A stretch of DNA of 63,049 nt, counting the filler, from Choristocarpus tenellus KU-1152 (taxonomy: Eukaryota > Protista > Phaeophyceae), in NCBI GenBank assembly GCA_964200185.2. It is 10 parts of 10 records of this genome, joined end to end, with 100 filler letters (N's around TTAATTAATTAA, not from the genome) between each part and the next. Parts side by side here need not be neighbours in the genome. Positions count along the whole stretch, not along the records: positions 8,749 to 14,637 come from CAXNAD020009497.1; positions 14,738 to 21,345 come from CAXNAD020007761.1; positions 21,446 to 26,827 come from CAXNAD020010969.1; 7 more parts are not named here. One strand, 5' to 3'. The notes under the pieces are model-generated. The model was given only the letters and a program-made list of their open reading frames with translations. It was not told the DNA's origin and did no database searches. Position numbers and translations under genes: made by a program. Below are positions 11,506 through 24,300 of this stretch, one piece after another (position 1 is the stretch's first letter; each line of letters begins with the position of its first letter).

Positions 11506-13149
11506 TTTGGTAGGAAGTCATGGTCAGTTAGACCTGGAATGAGAGTAATATATATTTTTTCCGATCGCTGCTCGCCCCACCTCGCGGTTGTCACATTTAT
11601 GCTCCCTAACTGATGCAACACTTCTCCTCTCTACAACAAGGACTTACTAATATACTCGAACTTTTCTATATGTTCCTTGAGACAATAATCGTTGATATTG
11701 AGCTTTTCAGAGACAATCCACTACACATAGGGCTATTTTAATTATATGTTTTCCCTAGAGTTAATTCATGGGGATTTTGATATTCTATTTTCATATGTTT
11801 CCCTTAGATGTCAGGAATAGGAATTTGTCAGAGAAGGTCTCGCAAAATTGAATGGAGGGACTTTCAAGGCTTCTTCTGTAAATAACTGCACCTCAATAGA
11901 CCTTGTGGTTGCTGAGATGAGATGTATTGAAAATGGGCAAATCTACTAAGGTGTGTAGTTGACTAGGATGTAGTGGGTGAAAGAGTTCCCAAACGGCTAA
12001 GGAGATAAACGAAGTCTACAAGGACAACCATGGCATCACTAGCATAGGGAAAGCACGTGTGGTTCGAAATGCTAGACGGATCGCGGAGCAGGGTTATGCT
12101 GCTGTTGTGTTAACTGTACTTGAAGTGAAGCAGGCGTCTACTCACACTCTGAGACCATCGCTATGAAACTAGTCGAGGTGGAGATCAAATTGAGGAAAGT
12201 AAAAGTAGAGGCAGAGGATAAAGTCAAGCAAGCCTTAACCATGATGGAGGCCTCTGTGACGACGGAAGAAGAAAATGGGTCAATGGCTACTGCGCCTGCA
12301 ATGCTTCGTGAGGAAGATGAGAGATGAAAGAGGGTAGCTGGTGAGAACAGCTAGGCTGAGGTCTGTGTTGAAGCTGCGAAAAACTCGTCAATGCTATGAG
12401 ACGCCAGCACTGCTTAAAGAAGAGATTGCGACGTTAAAGGTGGACCAAAGTTGAGGGAGAAATAAGACCAGCAAGAACTCATAAGAGAGAGGAACAAGCG
12501 CGCTGGACCTCATGGATGGCTAAGTACAGTATGTGTAGAACGCGACCAAGACGCACAAGTAGTACCTCAGGATCCACCTGCTTGGTGCTCTCCATCCTTC
12601 CTGTCCTTTTATTTCTCACACTTGTTTTTGTAGTCCCTAATTTACCAATACACTAGTATGGATCTTGTGCATTTTTTTCTCTCTATTTTTTAAAAGTAGG
12701 GGGAAAGGATGTGTTCTTTTCCAATTTCATTGACCAAATCACGAAAAATGTGGAAAGCATGTGTGTCTGTTGTTATACCGTTATTGCCGTATGGCATATA
12801 CCGTTATACCCTTGTACCTATTGAGGTTCCTCGTCAAGCATCCATGATTCCACTGGCAAACCTTCCGTCAGAATGAAACCATGGAATCTCTTCACGAGAC
12901 CAATTCCACAGACTTGGGACAGCTCGTCATTCAGTGTTGTCACACATGAAAGATTCACTTTGTTCTCACGTCTTGACTTGTGGTGATGAAGCCCCATCTC
13001 TGAAGATGCCCATCACACCTCGTTTGGCACTTGTCCAACCTTAATCTCGTACCCTCGGTTACGGTTCGTCTTAGTTCGTCTGGTCCGTCTTGCCTGGTGA
13101 TTCTCTTCGCCACCCTTACCTGAGTGAACCGTGCCACCAGAGAAGTGAG

Positions 13150-13850
13150 AGTTTATGAAGTAATCTGAGTTTTGTGGGCGAAAGAATTCTGGTTGGCTGG
13201 GGGCACAGGACAAATGGCAGGGGAAAGAAAAAGAAGGAAGCAGGAAGAGAACGAATAGTTAAGGAAGGGAAGAGAAGGTTAACGGAAATGAGTGATAGAA
13301 AAAAGGGGGAAACAGCATTCAGTGATTGATAAAAGGGAAGAGAACCAGGGGTACAGGACGAGGATATGAGACCGAGGCAACCTTCGAGCAAGCTCTTCCA
13401 CCCACCCACCCTGTCGCTTGCTCACAAACGACGGAAACACTGGGAGGGGGGGGGGAGGGGAGTTCAAGTTACAGCGGGGTAGATGTCTTCTAGCTCAAAG
13501 AAAGGCACGGGTTGAGTGGATCATGAAGGGGTGTTCTTGGATGATTGTGGAGTGGTGTTGAGTGGTGTGGGAATTGTTGAAACACTAGAGTTTCAACAGG
13601 AACTGCTATGGGGTTGAGGGGAGTGGTAACTTGTGTGGGGTTGAAAGGTGGGGAATGGCTGACAATCAGAGGCGAAGGGCATTCGCACTGGTTGGTCATC
13701 AAATTTGGGGTATGGCTGGCAATCAGTGATGAAGGGCATTCGCACTGGTTGGTAATCAAATGGGGAATAGAGAATAGAGGAATGGCAAACAAGAAATAAG
13801 CAAATAATAATAATCCAGAATTCGTGAGCAAAACAAATCACACGATTCAC
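13150..13850. repeat. Dispersed repeat with internal ~60-bp tandem units (copy 1)
   Basis: Homologous to about 59060-59905 (shared tttatgaag..tctgag.tttgtgggcg.aagaattctggt and aataataataatccagaattcgt.agcaaaacaaa ends); two internal gaagggcattcgcactggttgg units. Confidence 0.8.
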
Positions 13851-14144
13851 AAAAACAAAAAATCAATAAGTTGATAACCACAAGAAAGTGCCCACAACGA
13901 CAATAAACGGCTCTCGTTCTCATGGGTAACAGTGGTTCTTTTCATTGTCTTTTAGTTCGAACCTGTGGAACCTAGATTTCTTTTTAGCATAAATTGATTT
14001 TGATGGACTTTTAGTTGGAAAGACAAGAACAAGAACATGATGATTTCCAGAGTTCGAACCCCCTTGAACGTACATTTCTTTCAAGAAATTGCTTTCATCG
14101 GAGTTTCAATATTATGAGTACAACAACGTAACGCAGAAATATAA

Positions 14145-14218
14145 GCTCGAGTGGCCCAATGTTTAAGGCGCCTCTCTTGTAAAGAGGAGATTCGCGAGTT
14201 TAAATCTCGCCTTGAGCT
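14145..14218 (+). tRNA. trnT: tRNA-Thr(TGT), probable pseudogene
   Basis: Near-identical to 11239-11312, but the D-loop GG is now GT and the T-loop TTC is now TTT (A and B box hits); oligo-T follows. Confidence 0.8.
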
Positions 14219-14407
14219 TTTCGGTGAAACGTCATAGACAGAGATTGTTTTCCTTTCTTAAAGCAAACCTGGATTGCCTGTTACCATTACGTTATTACTT
14301 TGTACCATATATTGTCACAAAGTATGAGGTTCCTTGAATCTCGGATTCCAGCGGAAGATCTTTCGTGGTGAGATTGAGGCGTAGAATCTTTTCAAGAGAC
14401 CTATACA

Positions 14408-14637
14408 TAGGTACAGTAGGTTACTCTATTTTGGGCCAAATGTTATGAACCAAAGTCAAAATATGCATTTTTGTACCACTTTTTTTCGACATGCCCCCGC
14501 CAAACAGGATTTTGTACCGGAATTCTCGTATTCGGGCGATTTGGCACAAAATCCCAGAGATATTCACTCGAGAGTGGCGAGAGCGAAAAAAATTGTCATG
14601 AAAAGTGCCCTTCTTCCTGAGTCATGCTACCATACAG
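14408..14637 (+). mobile_element. TIR-type repeat family C end
   Basis: taggtacagtaggttactctattttgggccaaa...gatttggcacaaaatcc matches the reverse complement of 54805-54938; both copies run into contig breaks. Confidence 0.7.
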
Positions 14638-14737
14638 NNNNNNNNNNNNNNNNNNNNNNNNNNNNNNNNNNNNNNNNNNNNTTAATTAATTAANNNNNNN
14701 NNNNNNNNNNNNNNNNNNNNNNNNNNNNNNNNNNNNN

Positions 14738-14766
14738 CCCCCCTCCCCCCCCAGATATTTTGGGTC
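14738..14766. mobile_element. MITE family A terminus at contig start
   Basis: ccccccagatattttgggtc. Confidence 0.75.
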
Positions 14767-15446
14767 AGGAACTTGTCAAATTATCAAAGACTCCAGATTC
14801 CAGCCAGGCAACTGAGTGCCACAAACTGATCTCCATCACATTTCTCAAACCTAAGTAAGTCAATTGTGGGATGACAGGAGCTTGAGCACAGTCTCACAAT
14901 GATACAAAGGTTACCCACATTGCATGCTCCAGACCTCAAACAACCATTCTATGTTACATACTATACTCACGTTTCTTGTCAAGTATTTTACATAATATTC
15001 AAATAATTTAGAGAAGAAAAAATATGTCTTGGTATATGGATAGTTACTGCTCAGTCAACCCACTAAAAGCACACAACAAGGGTTAGCGTATACCAGCCCG
15101 AAACAATGGAAGTTTGATGAACATACAAGGGTTAGGGTATATACCCTTGCACTCTTGCATTCTAGGGCATGAACACACAACACTATCTGAGCTCTAGGGT
15201 TATAGGGTTATTCTCCTCTCTAGGAACACTCGCGAGTTGAACATTTGAAAAAAAAAATCAGTCGCATTTGTTTGCTAAAAGAATAAAAGAATAAAAAAGA
15301 ATAAAAAAAAATAAAGGACAAGACAGTCAAAAAATAAATAAATATACATATATATATATATATATTTCGACAACAACAAATTCACAACTTTGGAGGAGAT
15401 TCTTTGCTTTTTCAAAAAGTACACGCAAGCTTGGACACTACCTTGC

Positions 15447-17923
15447 TCACCTTGCTTGGTTGACCTCCACGGCATCTTCTACCTCATCCTCGGGATCGAC
15501 GGTGACTGAATCTGATTTACAAGATACTCCAATTCTCTGCATGCACATCCTCATGCAGTCAATTTCCATGAGAGCTTCCTGAACCGTGTCTGTCAGGCCA
15601 TACACAATTGCATTGAGGAAACCTTGAAGACCTCTTGTGCTCGCCTTGGGTGGAGGTTCCATTTTGCAGGGATGCAAGAAAGGCATCGGTTATTTCACGT
15701 TATTATTATTATTATTATTAATATGTTATTACTATAAGGCTTATAGGAGACTATTATTATTATTAATATGTTATTACTGTAAGGCTTCAACCATGACGGG
15801 CGGCTTATAGGAGACTATATTATTATTATTATTATTATTGATTGTATCGACAAACCACAGGAAATGTCCAAAGCTTTCATGGCGCTCATCAGCACATACC
15901 AGAAAGGGGTCCAAAGCGACAATCAATAAGCAGCTGCATTGCCAACGGCCATTCCACGGATGTAGGGGTGGTACCAGATTGAAAACAGATTGAGAGAAAA
16001 ATCCCTAACCCTACAGGTATTTATTGACTGCGTAACCCTATAACCCTACAGTTACATAACAGTTATATAACTGGGAGAGAGAGAGAGAGAAAAGAAAAAG
16101 AAAAGAAAAATTGCGAACATCAATCACGCTTCAGAATAATATAATACTCATGAACTGGGCCCTACATGCTGAGTGCACTAAAAAGGGTCTTCATCACCGC
16201 GGAATTTGTTCACGAATTACCTGCAGAAGAAGCAAGGTGAAGATTGGATTGTTGGGGTCCAGAGTATTTTGTATGCGATTGATTGTGGGAAATGTCCAAC
16301 AGAAAATCATCACAGCTGGGTACCAGAACAATCGCTTTCCAAACTTGCGCATGCGATCCTGTTGCTCCTGTGGTGGTGAAACAGACGATTCTTGTTTGCT
16401 ACCCCTTCCCACATCAATTTCAACAGAGAACCTGGATACAAGGAGATGCAGCATCAACTGATATTGAGGAGGAGGACGTGAGCTGGCCACAATATGGGCA
16501 TCATGCAGCATCTCATGCAAAAAAACTTGCATGCCTGCGCCGTGTGACTCCAGAAGTCATCACTGAAAGAACCAGGACATTATGGTTCAAGTTCCCTTCA
16601 GCCAAACTCAGCACAAACAGCACAGCACGGTGCAGAACAGTACTTGCAGTGACAATGATAACAGAGTTCTTTACATCGCGCACAGCTCTCTCTCTCTCTC
16701 TCTCTCTCTCCACTCCTCATCATACTACCTTTGAAAGAGTGGAGAGAACAATCTCAGTGTTACACCATACATACACATTGATAAACTTAAAAGTATGGAT
16801 GGACTTCTCTTCCCATGTGGGAATACCTATGTGACGCTGTCACTACGATACAAACCGCAATCGTGTCTTACCTTCGAAGAACCTGGGCTATCCTCACATA
16901 CAAGTTGATGTTGTAAATGATCACTGAGGCAAAGGAATTCGTGGTGTGGTGGGTTTCAAGAAAAAATTGAGCCTGAATTGTCATTTTTATTGAGAGAGGA
17001 ATGGTAGGCACAAGAGAAAATCAACGCACTGAGTGGCTTCACCAATTTCACCTTAGGGGGGAGCAAGTGTGGGTAGGATGTGCTTGATAAGGACACGAGA
17101 TCTACACACAGTGATAGCAGACAAAATCCTGCACGTCAGTAAAATGCGTACAATGTGCTCACCGAGCCAGAGAGGAAAATAGAAGGCACCGTAACGCCAC
17201 AATGTCCCGGCATCAAAATCTGCTCTTGTGGTGGCTGCAATCCAGCACCAAGCCCCAGTTGTTCCATAGCTGCTTGTCGTGAAGGGCAAAAGCATTCCTA
17301 CTGCAGCTACGCCCCAAACCAACATGTGAAATTTCCGCATCAAAATGATTTGTTCTCGAGGATGGTACATGCGTAGCTTGGTAGTGACCTCGTGAAGGAC
17401 ATAGGCAATTGTCACCGTCCACAAAATTTGGGCTACCTGGAACGGAGATTGGGAGGTAAGGGATACAAGGTGCGATTCATAAAGGCAATACGTCGTTCCC
17501 GAGCTCGCAAAGGTTGACCACAACATAAGTACTGAAACTGTTCTCAGGCGCTCTTGTGGGTCGTACCATCCATGCCTCACCCAATCTATCAGATACACTG
17601 TATTTGCACCACTGAAGAGATTGTGCACGACATACATCGTCTTCCCAACAAGACCTCACCTGGAAAAACTGTTGCAGTGCCCCCTGTACCGTACAAGTAT
17701 TTGATCTGGGAGTGGGGTTGCCCATAAAATAGGAAATGTCCGCCCCAACATCTGCTACCGCAAGCCACGCCACGAGCCTAAAGCTGAGCTTCCTGAGTCG
17801 TTCGAAACGAGCTACACAGAGTAGCACGGACAGAGACCCGACCAGAGAGAGACCAGCACCTACCTGAGAAGCGATAAGGACAACTTCACTTTCATACGAG
17901 CCGAGACCAGGGATCCCTCTCAT
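15447..17923 (-). CDS. 7TM G-protein-coupled receptor, Dictyostelium cAMP receptor / GCR1-like family
   Basis: Five phase-consistent GT-AG exons: 17923-17660, 17436-17163, 16923-16872, 16431-16221 and 15644-15447. Family motifs LSLVGS, LRKLSFRLVAWLAVAD, CTVQG, YGTTGAWCWI, RLFWYPAVMIFCW and LQGFLNAIVYG; seven hydrophobic segments. Confidence 0.9.
15699..15840. repeat. (TAT)n microsatellite with local duplication in a GPCR intron
   Basis: TAT runs plus duplicated aatatgttattact.taaggctt and ggcttataggagactat. Confidence 0.8.
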
Positions 17924-20328
17924 GATCACTGTTTGAAACGAGTTCAAGATTTTATTGATTGTCTACACCTCAACACCAACATTACTTCCACCTTTTGACA
18001 TAGCAATAGTAGCAATCTAATATCAACGCACATCACATAAAATACATATAATATAGACATAAATACGAAGAAAAATATGGAATTTTCACCTACTCTATCT
18101 AATCTATGAACTGTCCTGTACTGTTCTTCGAAAAATAATAGAAAATGGTAGTGGATACAGAAAATTTTCTGTAATTCATGGGGGTAAATAACATAACCAG
18201 GGTTGAAAAACACCGTAACAGTGTATGTCGAACAAAGAGTTCAGTTTATCTGCAGAGGATGAACCATGATTGGAAGAGAGGCGAAGGGTAGGATGATAAC
18301 GATCAGGGGTATCAGTGCCTGGTGCAAGACCCAGGTTGAGGTCGTGACTGAACAAGAGAATGGAAAGCATGTTGAAGAGTGGGCAACAATGAAGTCTGCT
18401 GGATCAAGGGCTAACGTTTGTCTCTACTCCGGACTGTAGTGAGAGGGAAAATATCCGACCTAGCTGCGTACTTGATCTGTTGTGTAGAAAACGAACATTT
18501 TCCAAACTCAAGATCAAATCAAATAATACATAAGTTACTTCAAGATACCTACCAAAATCCCCAAGGAAGCTTTCGTGAGCTGGAGAAGGGTGGGAAGAAA
18601 TGCGAGGATCTGGGTAGGGCGTCCAGCTACAGGAGGACCATTTTTCCGAGCCCAAGGCACCAGAGTGGGGACCACTCGTTACTGCTTCATCCTCCTGTCA
18701 ATGCGTATCTCCAATAATATATGAGATATCGCAACAAGGCAATGTGTCTGGCAGTAGTAGTGGGAACGGAGCATCCAGGGAAATTGATGAGTATCTCCAA
18801 ATACATTTTTCTATATGGAGTCCATCAACGGTCAAGGGGCTTCTTCCCTCCCATGCTCCACACTGTTTGCTTGTCTCTAGGTCCTTTGCTGCCTTGCCTC
18901 CTACATGCTTCGCGCATCAACCAACTTGATGTTATTCTTAGACCTTCCAACCAACTTGATTCTTACTCGTGATATCTATCTCTCAGTTTGCAATGCCATA
19001 CACGAAAAAACTCTTAAAAAAGAAGGTCTAGTCCCGAAAAAGAGGGCCATGTTTTAGTGATACAGATCAGAACCAGATTATAAATCTCATCTTGTCTCCT
19101 CATTGGTGGTCCTGTGCAACAAGATTAAAGAATTTGTGACTGAGCAGTTGACTGCGAAGATCAAAGGTGGATTTATCATAGCTTGGAATATAGCACAACT
19201 CACTGTCACACAGGGTTCTTGGGATGTATACATGGAAAACAAGCCCAAGAATTAAACCAGGCCTATATATTTTTTTTTATGCCCTCTCACTTACCTTGAT
19301 CGTATACGACATTGCATTGTACTTAAAGCAAGAAAAGAATAAAATAATGATTGACAACATATTTTTATTTTTATACCCTCTGACATTTTGGAGATGGGTC
19401 AGACCAAAAACAAAGGGAAATTTATTCATATGTCAGAAAAATCCCTGAACAAGTAAAAGTTCTCACAAATATAAAAACATCTAATTGTTATTTCACTACA
19501 TAATGTTGATTCTAATGTTACAATGATATAATGGCTGCACAAAAATGAAAGTAAACCCCACCTGAACAACCGAACTTTATCGGTTATGATGACGATTATA
19601 TCTCAATAAATTGAATTAATTTATGTTTAGCGTCTCCTTGAATATGGCTATGTGATCCAACTGCCAAGGTCGACACTTCTTGAACGTGATATGTAGTGAT
19701 TTAGTGCGTTGTACCCACGTTTCGATTTCGAATCATAATCGAGTTTTAATCCTTTCAACTTACGTTCGTTAATGCTTCCGATTTACTATACTTTGAAAAC
19801 AGTGTATAACATGACAAGACAATAAAAAAAAACATATCGACACTTTATCCCAGTCAATTTGGGGTCAAGCCCATCCTTAATGAAAAGCTCCATCCTCAAT
19901 TTTTGAAATCAGCTGTTATATCTGTTTATTGTGTAAATGTCCCAACATATGCAACTCCCCATCCACCCATCCACATTGAAGTATTTTGAAGGTTGGACGA
20001 GGGTGGAAGTAGGGGGATGTGGGCAGAGGATAGTACACGGTATATGGTTTATTTACGTCATCTACTACTTCCTGGTTGATGGTTAAGCAAATTCACAAGC
20101 ACGAGGCTCCAGATTGAGAGGAGCAGACCAGGGTGATGAGGGTAACATACTACTTGAACATCGTTCCGTTGTACTTTCTTGCATAGATATACTATTAGTG
20201 TGGCTGTGTTGTCATCTTGTGCTCATGTAAGCAAATAACGTTATGTACTATGTGTAGTTCTAGTATTTCTTGAAAATGTTTTTTGTTTGGTTTATGTGTG
20301 GTGTTGTTCAACAAATTAGCGAACAAAA

Positions 20329-20471
20329 GACCCAAAGTATCTGGGACCAAAATCAGGAAAACTGCATTTACAGTATCCATCCGACGTATGCAACCAAATC
20401 ACCCAAAAAAAAAAAAAAAAAAAAATGACCCCATATGGACAGCCGCCACCCCCTCCCAGATACTTTGAGCC
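20329..20471 (+). mobile_element. MITE family A, internally deleted, TSD aaa
   Basis: aaa|gacccaaagtatctggg...cccagatactttgagcc|aaa. Confidence 0.9.
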
Positions 20472-21298
20472 AAATGATTTATTTTTTGTAATCTATATTT
20501 GTTGAGCGTAAGCCTTTTTCTCGAGTGGTGGTGGTGAAGTATGAGAACAGGTTGGGTTTTAGATCATGTTCATGCATTACACATACTCTTCCGTAGTACG
20601 TACATACTCTCATTATCACTTTGGGAGTACAAGTTCTATACCAAAGTTGATTATTGACTCTATCATAATTTGGGTTATTAACCAAGAAACACACCACTAC
20701 ACCCGACTTTCCTTCTGATCTATGATTATGTTGCCATTGTTGTAAGGCGGAGTAGAAGAGACTCCCACGGAACATAGACGACTAGAAAACACGGAATGTA
20801 AGTGAAACTGCTGTCAGACGAGGTTAATATTTTATAGTAAACCTAACAAACAATAGATTGAGAATAGTGTTGAAAACACTTACTAGTGCCACTAACTAGA
20901 TGTCAACTTACACAATTGGTGGGAATTACGCATTGCTATGTTTTGGATGATGGGTGGTAATTGAGCTGTTGTAATAATGTAAATTTGAAGGTACATCATA
21001 ATATATAAAAGAGGTAAGTATTGGAAACAAATATGAATAAAGTAATAGTGTTGAGACGCGTAGGTGGAGAGAAGAAGGAAAAGTCTGGAAAAAATATACA
21101 AGATGAAATCTGTGTGAAGAGATTTCGAAAACATCAAGAAGCAACATGCATCTGATTCATCTCATCCTGTAATAGAAAAAATACTCAAGCAAGAGGATGT
21201 TTGCTGGATACAACAAACTGATGACTAGGTTAGACGGGCACCCCCTTTTGCGAATATTATCATTCGAACCCTAACCCCTACAACACAACAAAATATAT

Positions 21299-21345
21299 GA
21301 CCCAAAGTATCTCGGAGGGGGGGGGGTCTACACCAGGGTGTCCAT
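21299..21345 (+). mobile_element. MITE family A, 5' part at contig end
   Basis: gacccaaagtatctcggaggg...tctacaccagggtgtccat. Confidence 0.88.
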
Positions 21346-24300
21346 NNNNNNNNNNNNNNNNNNNNNNNNNNNNNNNNNNNNNNNNNNNNTTAATTAATTA
21401 ANNNNNNNNNNNNNNNNNNNNNNNNNNNNNNNNNNNNNNNNNNNNATGGGAGACTAGGTACAGAGGGGGGGATTGCAGCTATCTGTGGTGGATGTAGACT
21501 TCATGTTAAGTTTGTTGCCGTCGTGGGCACCCTTACCACTTATGTATCAGTTTCTGGTTGAGTGTGTGCCCCGATGTGCCCCGAGATAGGGGCTGGAACA
21601 AGATTTCAAGAACGCTGTTTCCTTCCCTATTTTCTCGTCTTGGTTTGATTATTTATGTTCTTTTTCGGTGGTCCTCTCCAGTCTGTGTATTTTTTTCGTT
21701 GTGTTTTGGTGGTGGGCATCGTTGTGTGATTTTGTAGTATGTGGTATTCATTGTGTTTTTTTTTGTATTGGAGTGGAGTGGGGGGATAGACTGTGCGAAG
21801 GTTTTTTTTATGTTTGTAACTGCTGCAATGGGGTTGAGTGAATTAGAGATGGTCTGGTGTGTGATTGGGGGGTTTGACGTAGGCATTCATCGTTCATCGT
21901 TCAACAGCTGTGTCAGTCGGGGGGATGATTCTCGAACCCCCCGACCCGTCACCCACTCCGTTTCTTCTTTTTTTTCGAAGTATGATGTGGATGGATCAAG
22001 AGCAAGCATACAAAGTTACATGGTGATGATTGAAAATTCTATCCTTGCCTCCACCTGTAACTGCTCTTTCGACTCTCTGTCTGTGGTCCGTGCTGTTTGT
22101 GGGAGTCCAGTATTATTTACACTGAAGGGTTGGGCTGTAGTAGCTGTGCGAACTTTTGCGTCTGTTACGACCGCCTTTTGAAGCTGGTCCGTTGCTGGCT
22201 GTTCAGCATGTGTATGGTTGACCTTGTCTATGTTCTTGTAGGAGGTTAGTCTTGCCGAGAATATGCCACCCCCATTTTGCAAGGTCGGCTGCGACAGAAC
22301 GGGGAGAACCAGAAGGAATCATAGCACATTCTGCTTTGAATCTAGGCCAGCATGGTTCTAACAGGCTTGGCAGACCTCACTTATTTTCTCGCCTGGTGTA
22401 CACTCTCCATAGTGAGGAGCTGAGGCAGAGGGGAAGAAACATGTGCATTGCAGGGTTGCTTGAATGTTTAGTTTCCGTGCATGCTCCTCTCTGGAGTACT
22501 TGTTTTACGTATGTCTTGTGTGTGCATTTTGTGTTTGGTTTGGTCCTAATCAGCTTAGCAGTGTTATTGCTTGTTGCCCTCGCTGTTTGCAGGTTTAGGC
22601 TCCTTTCTTATTTTTTTTTGTTTTGACCCCAAGTTGATACGATGTAGTTGTGGGCAGGAAATGTATTTATCGAGGAGTAGGCAAGAAGGGCCGTAAGATA
22701 GGGTAAGGGTGTGGGGGCTATCGTAGGTATTTATCTTTACCTATTCCAGCTCTTTGCTTTCTCTAGTGTTGTGTGTTTCATCCTATCCCTACATGGCAGG
22801 GTGAGGCTTCACATCTCGGACTATTTAAGGTTGAGTTTTTTGTTCAAGGAAGTACCACTGGTCGTTGTTCCCCCCCCCAAAAAAAAAAATTGTGGTCACC
22901 AGAGTATTGTAGACCTGGGTGGTTTCGATTCTATTTTGGGTTTGTGCAGAGGGGTACTTTCAGTAGTTAAATAAGATAAAGTGGGAGGGGTTGGGGAGCT
23001 TCTTTTCCTGTGGGATTGGAAGTGAGCAGAGTGACTCATGCCTGGGACGATCGGGGAGTTTTTTTTTTTTTCTAGGTCAAGCAACATGTGTGAAGGAGCA
23101 TTTGACACCTTGCTCTTGTCTTGTCAGTTTTTTTGCTGCGAGGTTTGAGGTTGACCTTGTGAAGGTATGAAGTTGAAGTTGAATTTCTTCTGAAGGGTTA
23201 CGGTGGGTGTCCCTTCGAACATGTAGAATGGATTGGTGACTCTGTGGTACTCAATATCTGGTCTCCCCTTTTATTCTTGCACATTTATACTCCCCTGTGT
23301 GCTCAACAGTCATCCACGGAGGCTTGTTGGTTTATCAATGTTTGTGGTTGTGTTCTTTTGTGTTTTTAAGCGAGATGTCAGGTGTTGGCTGCTTGGTGGT
23401 GATGAAATTTTGCCTGACACATTCCCTATTTTTAATTTTTACAGCTGGTAGTTGGGGTAGGAGGTCAGCTTGATAAGCAAGCAAGGCATGCAAGTTGGTG
23501 ATTGCTGTGCCGAGTTTTGATGTATTCTTTTCACTTTGTTTTCCCTTCTTATTTGTCCCAAGGCTAGCTAGAGGAATGACCGCTGTTGTGAAACTAAAGC
23601 AAAATTCGAGATAAATAGGTTGGGTTATCACCATGATCAACCCGAGATAGGCAACTGTTGAATGATGTACCTGTACTGAATGCAACACAACACATGTTCA
23701 CATATTGATGGTAGTTTTTTGTGCGGAAGTCCACTTCTCAATTTGTTGGACCAATGTACTTGGTTTCATAATTCAAAGAATATCAAGCAATGAATTCAAA
23801 AAGCCAATTTTTTTTACAGTTTTGACTTAGCATAGGTCCTGTTAAATCAAAAGCATCTCAATGACATTCCAGTGACTGTGAATGCTCTCTTGTGGGCAAC
23901 AACTATGTGGTGATGGGAAAGCTTTTAAAAACATCAAACACTTGGCAAAAATTGCCTGCTGCTCCATGGCAAGGATTCCTGCTACACATATATTAGGCAG
24001 AATTTGATCACGTACTGTCAACGCCTGGGAATGTTTTGACAACACTAACGGGACATGCTACATCCAGCAAAGAAATGTCGTACCCCTTGTGTTCTTGTGA
24101 GGAACACCTGACTGGGAAGTCTCCGAGGAAGTGAAAAAAAGCAGTTACCAGCTGAACCAGAAGAATAAGTTCCTCCTATCACCACAACAGCAGCACTGAC
24201 TGCCACAAGACAATCTTACATCTACAAAATAAAAAATTGTCCTCTGGGCACCTCTTCGTTTTTGGAGCAAATCATGGGTTCAAAATAAGACTTGGAACAG

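Noticed and set aside
11820-12520. Coiled-coil-like plus-strand relic
   Set aside because: Many stops and no recognisable motif; cannot be assigned
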